The notes under the pieces are model-generated. The model was not told where the DNA came from. It saw only the letters and a list, made by a program, of their open reading frames with translations, and did no database searches. A stretch of 64,000 bases of DNA from Gekko japonicus. Its lineage: Eukaryota. Shown here one piece after another: positions 24,431 to 35,015 of this stretch (positions within the stretch are counted from its first letter, which is position 1; every line of letters begins with the position of its first letter). The stretch is taken from contig NW_015162475.1 in the NCBI RefSeq assembly GCF_001447785.1, positions 434,001 through 498,000 on the forward strand, read 5' to 3'. Position numbers and translations under genes: made by a program.

Positions 24431-27132
24431 CTAAGGGTAAATAGAACATTTTGTTTTTTAAAAGTGTTTAAAAGAAGAAGAACACAAAAAGGTCAAATCA
24501 TCCCCCAAAATGTATTATAAACAAAAGCTAAATGCTGAAAAAGTTATACTTCAAGCTGGTGCAGACAGGTTGTCTCCTTGAGCAATTACACTGTGTGATT
24601 CAAGCAGTATGCCCCCCCCAATCCCTTCCTGGATCAAAAGACTGTTGTGTGCTATCAGCATCTTCCTGCTTGCAATAACATGGAGTGCACTAAATTGATC
24701 ACACATTATTTCCCTAAAACACTGACAATATTGCCATTGCAAGTAATATAGGTTGTCTCTTTGAGTTCCATAGAATTAGAGGTAGGACATCCATGTCCAG
24801 GTCACAGCACCTAAAGTCTGCATGTGATCAACAGTTTCCCCATGGAGAAAATATTCCTACATATGGAAAACTAGGATGTCAAGGAGAAGTTCTCCCTGAC
24901 ATAATGATATCTGTATGGTTGTTGGGTTTTTTAATTTCAGGAACCATTATGCAATCTCTACCTGCAGCCAGGAGTTCTTCAGTCTAGACACAAGTTTACT
25001 ACCTCTGTATTTAGACCAAAGAAAGTATAGAATTGTGCATCTGTCAGCTATTTATTGATTTAAATCACTTTATCCCACTCCTCCTCCAAGGAGCTCATGG
25101 TGGCCTCCATGACTCTCTCCCCTCTTCCAGTTTATCTTCCCAACAACCCTGTGAGATAGGTTGGGGAAAGGAAGAGAATATGGACATGTGAGAAGCTCCA
25201 CACATGCACAGGCCATTTACCCATCAAAAAGGAGAATGAGAAGCAGCGATAACCTATGGCTACTATGTAGTAGTAAATCCGATGCATGCAAAGAGCTTGG
25301 AGATATACAGAGGATTTCTTCTCAAGGCAAACGAAAAATCAATATGAGGAATGGGAATAATCCATGTATGTGCAGAGCATTTCTTTTCACAGTTAAAAGT
25401 GTCATGCCTTCTCTTTCTGCATTTAGGAAGGCGTGTAAAAGAGACGAGAATTTCATAAACTTGTGACCAACATTTGAACTTTATTCAGAAAGCCCTTTTG
25501 TCAAGAGAAGCCTATCATTGGATTACTCCGAGGATTTGGTCTCAGGCAGCACTGAGAGCAATTTGCCATCTGAGCAGAGGCAGCAATCGACAGGGTAGCT
25601 GGGTGACTGCTGATAATATATGCACAATTACTATGCCTCAGGATAGCATGGAACACCTTTTAAACCTTTGGCTGTACGAAATACATGTTGCTATATTTAG
25701 TTGACAAACAACATTATCAATTCCTATACTACACATTTCATACAGCCAGCTTCATACAAGTCTCTGTTACAAATGCAATGTATTTTTTTAAAAGGAAAAA
25801 AAAACACATTCCTTTAATCTTATATAATCCTTGTGTCTCAGATAAGATCAAATTTTATGAACATAATAAGCTATTAAAATTTACAAAAATAACTCCTTTA
25901 GACAGTATTTTGTAACACTGAAATTGAGTAAAATGTCACGTACTCCATTAGCACGTATAAGATTTCTCCGTATAAGTAAAAAATTCTCAAAGTTTATTTT
26001 GAAAACTGAAATCCCAATGGTTACATATAGCCTTGAAAATTAATACCTTTTATACCAAACTATTTCATTAGGCATCAGCACAACTTTCCAGTTGAGGTAA
26101 CTTAATCGCTGTCAAAAAATGTCGCCTTGCCCTTAGGCACCTCATGCTATTGGCTGGAAGGAAGCACGACATCCTGACTTTGGTTTTGATCCCAGGTCTG
26201 GTAAGAGCTGCTTGTCAACTGACACTGTCAAAATGCACCAGTATTACAAGAGTCATTTTTCCATTGTCTTACTTTCCTTACACACAATTTATATAATTCT
26301 TTTTAAAAAAAAAAAAATACAGGAAATACATGGACAGATTAAGAGACTTGAAAAGGAAAGCAGAAAATTAACTGAAAACTGCTTATTTTTCACCCCAATC
26401 CAAATATTTCAGTATTCTTCAGCACACTGTGCTAGCAACGTCATTCCTTTCTGAAGGAGACAATGAGCCATAATTAAGGTCCTTAACTCCCTTGCCCTCC
26501 TTGTATTAATCTGCCCCAATTTTAACTGATGGCCAGTTCCCTCTTTCTCTTTTCCTGCTAATCCATCGATCTCAAAGACTGGTTGATATGCCCCCTTAAA
26601 ATACTGGGGAGGGGCCATCAGGGAAGTATCAACCACCATTAAAAAAAATAAAATAAAGAGATCAGCCATAAATCTTATACACAGAAGGGTATTTATTTTA
26701 TATTTGGTTTTTGGTATCCATATTAGAGTGTACAACATAGCATGTGTTCCTGCCCTAAATATCAAAAAGAATTTTTTCCCAGTAACAGCATTTAAACGTA
26801 AAGTGTGTGGATTGGTGGTTAGTTTCACTCACTCTCAACATCGCCCTCTGGTAGTCACAGGCACTGCTTTAAGCAAACTGTGTTTCTACAAATCATATGT
26901 GCCATATGCATTTTGTAGGACTGTTACCACCAAAAACAGTTTCATAGAAAATAATGTGCATATGCAACTTGACCTTACCCAGCTGTGTAACACACACAAT
27001 GTATGATCAAAGCTTTCTAATGTAGAAAAGTTGCAAAAATCTGAATGCACTGCCATAATCATGAAGTTGCAAGCTTCAAGGGTATCCTGAAGCCAATCAC
27101 TCATAAAGGAAAAATTTAGAAACAGCTATTAA

Positions 27133-27209
27133 AGGCTCATCCATTGCACTTCGGGTGTGCTGAGCCCTGCGATTTCCCCAAATGCGGGAAACTCGACTGC
27201 ATAATTTGT
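27133..27209 (+). pseudogene. RNU1: U1 snRNA internal fragment (stem-loop II, stem-loop III, Sm site)
   Basis: AGGCTCATCCATTGCACTTCGGGTGTGCTGAGCCCTGCGATTTCCCCAAATGCGGGAAACTCGACTGCATAATTTGT closely matches the middle of vertebrate U1. The 5' end and stem-loop IV are absent. Confidence 0.92.
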
Positions 27210-27215
27210 AAATAA

Positions 27216-28456
27216 TGTTAAAGTGCTGCACTCAATTTGCCAGCAAATGTGGAAAACGCAACAGTGGCCACGGGATTGGAAAAGGTCAGTATACATTCCA
27301 ATCCCAAAGAAGGGCAATGCCAAGGAATGTTCAAACTATCGCACAATTGCACTCATATCACACGCTAGCAAGGTCATGCTCAAGATCCTACAAGCTAGGC
27401 TTCAACAGTACATGGATAGAGAACTGCCAGAAGTACAAGCTGGGTTTCGAAGAGGTAGAGGAACGAGAGATCATATTGCCAACATTCGCTGGATTATGGA
27501 GAAAGCAAGAGAGTACCAGAAAAACATCTACTTCTGCTTCATTGACTATGCTAAAGCCTTTGACTGTGTGGATCACAACAAACTATGGCAGGTCCTTAAA
27601 GAGATGGGAGTACCAGACCACCTCACATGTCTCTTGAGAAACCTGTATAAGGGCCAAGAAGCAACAGTTAGAACCGGATATGGAACAACTGATTGGTTCA
27701 GCATAGGAAAAGGAGTACGACAAGGATGTATACTGTCACCTTGCTTATTTAATATATATGCAGAGTACATCATGCGAAATGCTGGCCTGGATGAATCACA
27801 AGCGGGAATTAAGATTGCTGGGGAAAAGATCAACAACCTCAGATATGCAGACGATACCACTCTAATGGCAGAAAGTGAAGAGGACCTAAAGAGCCTCTTG
27901 CTCAGAGTAAAAGAGGAGAGCGCAAAAGTGGGCTTGAAGCTCAACATCAAAAAAACTAAGATCATGGCATCCGGCCCCATCACTCCTTGGCAAATAGAAG
28001 GGGAAGCTGTGGAAGTAGTGACAGACTTCACGTTCCTGGGATCCCAGATCACCGCAGACTGTGACTGCAGCCATGAAATTAAAAGACGCCTGCTCCTTGG
28101 GAGGAAAGCGATGGCGAACCTAAACAGCATGATAAAAAGTAGAGACATCACCCTGCCAACAAAAGTCCGCATGGTCAAAGCAATGGTATTCCCAGTAGTC
28201 ATGTATGGCTGCGAGAGTTGGACTATAAGGAAGGCCGAGCGCAGAAGAATAGATTCTTTTGAACTATGGTGCTGGAGAAGACTCTTGAGAGTCCCTTGGA
28301 CTGCAAGAAGAACAAATCAGTCAATCCTCAAAGAAATCAACCCTGACTGTTCCCTGGAAGGCCAGATAATGAAACTGAAGCTCAAATACTTTGGCCACCA
28401 AATGAGAAGGGAGCACTCACTGGAGAAGACCCTGATGCTTGGAAAGATTGAAGGTC
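27216..28456 (+). mobile_element. BovB (RTE LINE) RT domain, young copy truncated at both ends
   Basis: Stop-free ORF 27223..28485: WPRDWKRSVYIPIPKKG...FIDYAKAFD...GVRQGCILSP...LRYADDTTL. Similarity ends at GAAGGTC, before the 3' UTR and (CAA)n tail seen in the 23307 copy. Confidence 0.97.
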
Positions 28457-29131
28457 GGTCAGGCTTAATCTCAGTTTCTTATTAAATCACAATACATCAC
28501 TTTCTGCACATCCTTGAATGCTTTTCACTGAAACAAAAGTAGTCAGTCCTCTTTATGGGTGTGCATGAATGTTCATTTTTCTGGGTGCGATCAAGTGAAC
28601 AAGCATGTCAATTTTATGTGGGCTCTGTCCTGTACTTTAAACATTGCTCCTTTATTACTTCTCAATGATTGTTATGCAGGAAGTGGTTCAAAATCCACAA
28701 AAATCCTACAAATAAATCACATTTCTAAAAGGAGAATGGAGAAGACCATTGCAAAAATTCTATTTTAGAGAACGAAGCAAAACCATTTCTGGGATTAATT
28801 ACCAATTTTCTTGGAAAATTTCCTGTCACTTTCAACACATATAATTCTTTTTTCAGCACAGTGAACTAAAGCTGCCGAACCCCAATAAAGTGAACTTAAA
28901 GGTTGCAGATGGATACAGCAACCTTCCCACCCAGCCCAGGTGCCTTAAATTACCCTCACCCTGGTTTTACAGGAATTTGGCATGTCATGAATTGGATCAT
29001 GTAGCTGTTGAGTCTGATTTGGCTCCCCCATGAGGCAGTGGCACAATTCGAAGTTTTGGCACCTACTAATTAGAGTAATTATTGTATTTCAACCATGACT
29101 CTACTGTATTAATGTTGTTTTTATTGATATA

Positions 29132-30995
29132 CATTATGACGGACCCCTGCTTCTTCACAGTGAGGCAGAATTTCCCAGCAAAACGCTGTTCCCCACTCTG
29201 ACTTAGCAGCCTCTTAGTAGCATATTTTAATTATAGAATTATAACGTCCTATGTGTCCCACCTTGTGATATAAAAGTTATTTGGCTTTTCCCCAGGCCAG
29301 AGATTTATTGTAACTAAGCAGGAGCCCTCTTATAAATCCTTTTGGAAATGGCACTTGACATAAAGTTCAAACAGAAAGGTTGATTTTATTGAACAGGCAT
29401 AGGGCAGGGGATGAGAAGCTGAGGTAAATTGTGTTGTTTATACAAATTTTATTATTTTGAACAGGCAACAGAGTATAATTGAAGCTTATATTCTTAGATG
29501 CTCAGTTCTTAACTGTGAGAGGTTTGTTTTTCTTGGAGATTTCTTTCAGCAACAATGTGTCCTAATAAAGTTTCATAAAACTTAGTGTCCTAGAAGTTAA
29601 TACTTTCTTCCTATATTTACATACTTCCCTTGTGAGATTATAAACTTTTCCTTTTTTAGTCTTGAGATGTTTAAGACCGTTTCCCTTTTCACACAATGAG
29701 GGGTCCCGAGACTCCCTTCTGAGTTGAACCCTCTGAATAACTGGGTAAGAAATATCCTCCTCTTTCCAGGAAATAATAATCCTTGGGTGCGTTCAGACGG
29801 GCCATTTGAGCCGGTATACATGCCGGTTAGAAACGGAGTATTTACGCGCGATCACATGGTCAACATCTGCCTCCCGTCCCCAGCCATCGCTTTCCAGCAC
29901 AAACCCCCTATAAAGTGGAGTATTTTGATACCAGGTCCCCAAGTGGTGCTTTCCTGCTTCTCCGGTTCCAGCCACATTTTCCCCCTGTGTGATCGCTCCT
30001 CCGCCAGTGTAGAGCCACTTATTGTTCCCCGCTCGAAAGCGGCCTGAGGCTTCCGCTTTTTACCCACCATTTAAAAAAAAAAAAAATTAAGCGGCGGCAA
30101 TATGCACGTGGGCAGAGCTTCGCCCCCATGTTAGTAAAACCAAAGTTTAAATGGTGCCTAGTTTTGCTGTGTAAACGAGTTCGGGATCTCACAGAGGCCA
30201 GTTTCGGGGTAAAAGTGTGAAGGGAAGTGTTCATTTAAAGTTTAAAGGGAAGCGTTACGGCAGTTGGGTTGAAGGGGAAATTGCTGTTCTGCGCACGCGC
30301 GAAAATGTTAATACTAAGGATGTCCGCCTGCGCGTATGCCCAAACTGAGAGGGAAGAAACTTGTGTGAACGGTCGGGAGCGATATGGCTGTGCAGCGATT
30401 CGGAACAAGGAGGTAAGTGTGATCGTGATTTTTCCAGCTTAAAAAAAAAGCGCCTAGGATCAGAGCAGTTTAAACCGCTCCAGCACGCCGTCTGATTGCA
30501 CCCCTTTTCTGTTTGGCTAGACTGGCAATTTTCAGCCTCCTGTCCAGTCGCTTCTGTCAAACCTAAACTCCAGTTCTGGAGAATGAATAAACGGAATTCA
30601 GTTAGGGCTGACACTTAAGACTTTAAGTTCTGATTTCTGAACTTTTCCTCAAATGTGAGGGTACACAGTAAGAACTAGGAGTTGTGTCCCTTCACTTCCC
30701 AAGTGAACTTGTCTGTTTCCCTCAGACCAACATACACACTTTTCCTGACTGGCAACGGCCAAGCCAAAGTCCAAAGGACAACTGACTCTTTTCCTTAGCA
30801 CTCAGCTGCTCTTAAAGTACTCTTCAGCTGGCAGTGGCCAATCAGAGAGAAAGGAGGGGGTGCATGCAGGCAACAGCCTGTTAACCAAAATGTGCCTCTC
30901 AGTGAAGCATTAACCCTTAATCTCCCAGCGCTCTGCTTTTGAAGCACTAAGCATCCTGCTTTTGGAGGTCAGTTCATCAAATACACTGCCCTGGC
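29132..30995 (-). mobile_element. Solo LTR interrupted by a MITE (boundaries approximate)
   Basis: Colinear blocks shared with the reverse complement of 41641-42616 (TTATGACGG, TGTCCCACC, AAATGGCACTTGA, CCAATCAG, TTAACCCTT). AATAAA on the minus strand at 29385-29390. Confidence 0.65.
29785..30503. mobile_element. CpG-rich PIF/Harbinger-type MITE nested in the LTR
   Basis: 16-bp TIRs GGGTGCGTTCAGACGG / CCGTCTGATTGCACCC (14/16). 3-bp TSD CTT (29782-29784, 30504-30506). Confidence 0.85.
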
Positions 30996-32349
30996 TCTGT
31001 TCTACAGTGGAGGGTGGTCTAGAAAGCATATTTAATAATAATCATTTAAAAAATTTAAAAACTGAATACTTCTACCAGCAGTTATACTGTACACCTACTC
31101 ACTACAACCTTCAGCTGAGCAGCATAACTGACTACACATACAGAAGTCCACGGTTTTCTTCCAGCTGATTTGTACAAGCACTGGATGAGGACAGCAAGTA
31201 TAAAGTTAAAACTTTTAACAGGACAGTCTTCTATTGTGGCCCAATTTGAGAACAACCATCAGGAGTGGAAGAAAAATACTAATGCGGAACAAGGCACTGA
31301 TAAAAATTTCCTTACATCACGTTTGCATCTTGCTTTCAGCCTTCAAAACCCTATGGAATGGCTATTCCCAACCATATGAGTACTCATAATGCTTTCTTTT
31401 CCTGTATTTTACATTGCTTTCAATTTAAGAAGAAATTTAAGCAACCTACTCAAAGGACTGAAAAAACAGAGCATAATTATTTGTATCCACTGGTAATTAC
31501 TTAAGGAAACTATACCAAGAACAAGAGCAAGATAGATGGATAAAAGGGGAAAAAAGACTGGCACATAAATCTGACAGTTTGGAAAACATTCAAGTTGAAA
31601 AGTTCTCCAGATGTAAGTCTGTAAACAGTGATTCATAAAACGAATTTCCCTATTAATTGTTGGCAAAGACAGCATCCAGGATATGTTATTGTATTATGAC
31701 CTATTCTTTCCCCTTTTTCTGTGTAGCTAAATTCTTGTTTGACACCACAGATCTTTTATCAGTTGTGATAAATCCAGCAAGCAAGCTGTGGTCAGCAGAA
31801 CTATTTGATAGCTTATAACATTCATAACATTACAGCCAAGCAATTGTGAACTTTGCTCATTGAAGAAAATGGGACCCCCTTTTGTTTATTTTTGCTTACT
31901 GTGCTCAACACCACATTTTGTGCTCAACTTTGGGGAAAAGACACATATTGACAGAAAGCATACAAGTAAAACATGTCAGTATTTTATGAATATACTAAAC
32001 ATTTTGTAAAAGGTTCCCAATACAATGTTTTGAACATACTACAATAACAAAAAATACAAAAGTACTCAAAAAGAAATTTAAGATTTTTTTACACTGTTTC
32101 ATTGTCTCCCCAGCCTGTAATTTTATATACCTTCAATCACAGAATGCAAATTGTGGGCATGATCCGAAGAGTATAAGTTGCTGGACAATCTAACAACGCA
32201 TTATAACAGAAATGACTCCATGGTTCTCAAAGATAAACCATGGCCCTTTTCAGGGATAACTTTGTAACGAAAGAACTTTATAATAATAAATAATTCTAAT
32301 TACATATATAACAGCTGACAATAATATGATTACTGTTATAAGAACAGTA

Positions 32350-34240
32350 TTCGAGGCCCCTTGCACACCTTCGGTTCTGGGTTTGTATTGTTTTAGCCCA
32401 CTCAGCCTGGAGGAAGTCGACAGATTGCTCGTATCTGTGTGCCAAACCACATGCAACCTTGATCCGTGCCCTTCCTGGCTCATTAAAGCTGGCCGTGAGG
32501 GGTTTTGAGGTGCCTTCAGGGAGATTATCAACAAGTCCCTCTCTGAGGGGCAGTTCCCTGAGGCACTCAAAGAAGCGATGGTCCGCCCCCTCCTGAAAAA
32601 ACCAACCTTGGACCTGACCGAATTGGCCAACTATCGGCCGGTGTCCAATTTGCCCTATTTGGGCAAATTAATCAAGAGGGCAGTGGCGATACATCAACAG
32701 AGCTTCCTGGATGACGCTTCCATCCTAGATTCTTCTCCAGTCCGGTTTCCGCCCAGGACATGGGACGGAGACAGTGCTGGTTGCCCTTACTGACGACCTC
32801 CGGAGGCACCTGGATCGAGGTGGGGTGGCGGCACTGTTGTTGTTAGATCTGTCAGCCGCGTCGACCACCAGTTGCTGACCCACCGCCTCGCCGATGGGGG
32901 GATACAGGGGCTTGCCCTTCAATGGCTTGCCTCTTTTCTCCAGGGTTGGAGACAAAGGGTGGCGCTAGGGGAGCAGCAGTCCCGAAGACATTCGCTCGAA
33001 TGCGGTGTGCCCCAGGGGGCGGTGCTCTCCCAGATGTTGTTTAACATCTATATGCGCCCCCTTGCCCAGATTGTCTGGAGGTATGGGCTAGGGTGTCATC
33101 AATATGCAGATGACACCCAGCTCTATCTGATGTTGGGCAGCCGGTCGGACTCCAGCCCAGAAGATCTGAACCGGGCTTTGCAAGCCGTGGCTGGGTGGCT
33201 CAGACTGAGTAGGCTGAAACTGAACCCAGGAAAGACGGAGGTCCTGTGTCTGAGTCTGGGTGGTCCAGGATGGGGATCCCTCTCCCGACCTTCGGTGGGG
33301 TGCCTTTGGTGCCAGTGCCAGAGGTTAGAAGTCTGGGAGTGCTCCTGGATTCCTCCCTAACTATGAAGGCCCAGGTAGCAGCCACTGCCAGGTCGGCCTT
33401 TTACCATCTTAGGCTGATTCGGCAGTTGGTTCCCTTTCTCGACCGCGATGACCAGGCTACAGTGATCCATGTGACGGTCACCTCGAGATTAGACTACTGT
33501 AACGCTCTCTACATGGGGCTGACTTTGTTGCAAATCCGGAAGCAGCAGCTAGTGCAGAATGCTACAGCCAGGCTGTTGTTGGGTCTCCCTAGATGGGAGC
33601 ACATCCAGCCTGTGCTGAAAGCGCTGTACTGGCTGCCAATAGTGTACCAAATTCACTTCAAAGTGCTGGTTCTTACCTTTAAAGCCCTATATGGCCAGGG
33701 TCCGACATACCTGAGGGACTGGCTTTCCCCATATATACCCCAAAGAGCAATACAGTTTGGGGCACAACATCACTTAGTGATCCCAGGTCCCAGGGAGGCC
33801 TGGCTTGTTGCAACCAGGGCCAGGGCCTACTCAGTGGCAGCTCCAACTTGGTGGAATGAGCTCCCGGAGGAGATCAGGGCTCTGCAGGAACTTGTACAGT
33901 TCCGCAGGGCCTGCAAGATGGAGCTCTTCCGCCAGGCTTTCGACTAGGAACCGCCACTACTACCAACGAGGCCAGCTGATAACTGGGAACGGAGCGGCCC
34001 TATGACGATCCCGTTGTACTGGGATGGGGGCAACATCTACTGGACACCATCTTGTCTTAATTCAAGAGTAACAGCATTGAGCACTTTATGTAATCTTTGG
34101 TCATTTATTCTGTTTTATCCTGTTTTATTCGGTTTTTATATATTGGCACATGGTGCCCCTGTTTGTTAGCCGCCCTGAGCCCATTCGTGGGGAGGACGGG
34201 GTAGAAATTTAAATTAATAAAATAAAAAAATAAAAAATAA
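32350..34240 (+). mobile_element. L2 LINE, 5'-truncated (RT domain plus 3' UTR)
   Basis: Frameshifted ORF pieces TTCNLDPCPSWL, VRPLLKKPTLD...NYRPVSNLP, GVPQGAVLS..YADDTQLY, SRLDYCNALY, FKVLVLTFKAL. A-rich tail. Confidence 0.95.
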
Positions 34241-34658
34241 AATATTCATGCTTTACATCCTACAGTGATATAAGATGGAGGAAGATTAAAAAAGCAAGTG
34301 AAATCCTAGGCACTCTATTTGCTACAGTTTTTTTTTGGTTATTGATATTTGATCTTAGAAAGTACCATGATAACAGATAACAGATAACTACGACAATGCC
34401 TGCTATCTATTGGAGTACTTTTTGATGAACAGATAAATATAAAGTTTGCCAAATGAACTAGTTTGACACGTATGTGTCCAACTAAGGAATACTATTCACT
34501 GCCTAGACAAAGACAAACAAAACCATAAAAAAAGCCTACAAATCACATGTTTTATTCCAGATGTGATATCCCATTTTTGCTTATTTTCAAAGATTAAATT
34601 CTCCTACAAATGTTTGTGTGGGGGAGAGGATCATGAGAAGTGTGGCTAATGTGGCAGG

Positions 34659-35015
34659 CAGTTCCGCAGGGCCTGCAAGATGGAGCTCTTCCACCAGGCT
34701 TTCAACTAGGAGCCGCCACCCCCAACCACCAACGAGCCGTCCCATAGTACTAACATCTGGCCGCTACCACTGTGCTCCAGAAGATCATTGAACGAAACTG
34801 TCTGGTTGTATGGTAATCTCAGCACACCATCTTATGCATTCAATGTATAAGCACTAGCACTTTATGAGGTTTTGTTTTATCTTATTGTATTGAATTTTAA
34901 ATTGTTTTTATGTGAATGTACAGTCACCTATAGACCAATTATGTAAGCCGCCCTGAGCCCATTTGTGGGGTAGGGCGGGGTATAAATTTAATAAATAAAA
35001 ATAATTAAAAAATAA
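34659..35015 (+). mobile_element. Second L2 3' end
   Basis: Repeats CAGTTCCGCAGGGCCTGCAAGATGGAGCTCTTCC..CAGGCTTTC.ACTAGGA of ~33897, and has the terminal AGCCGCCCTGAGCCCATT..GGGG with a (TAAA) tail. Confidence 0.9.

Noticed and set aside
27133-27209. Functional U1 snRNA gene
   Set aside because: Lacks the 5' ATACTTACCTG, stem-loop I, stem-loop IV and a 3' box.
23307-28456. The two BovB pieces as one broken or rearranged element
   Set aside because: They overlap by ~177 bp with 7 differences, and the 23307 copy has its own TSD.
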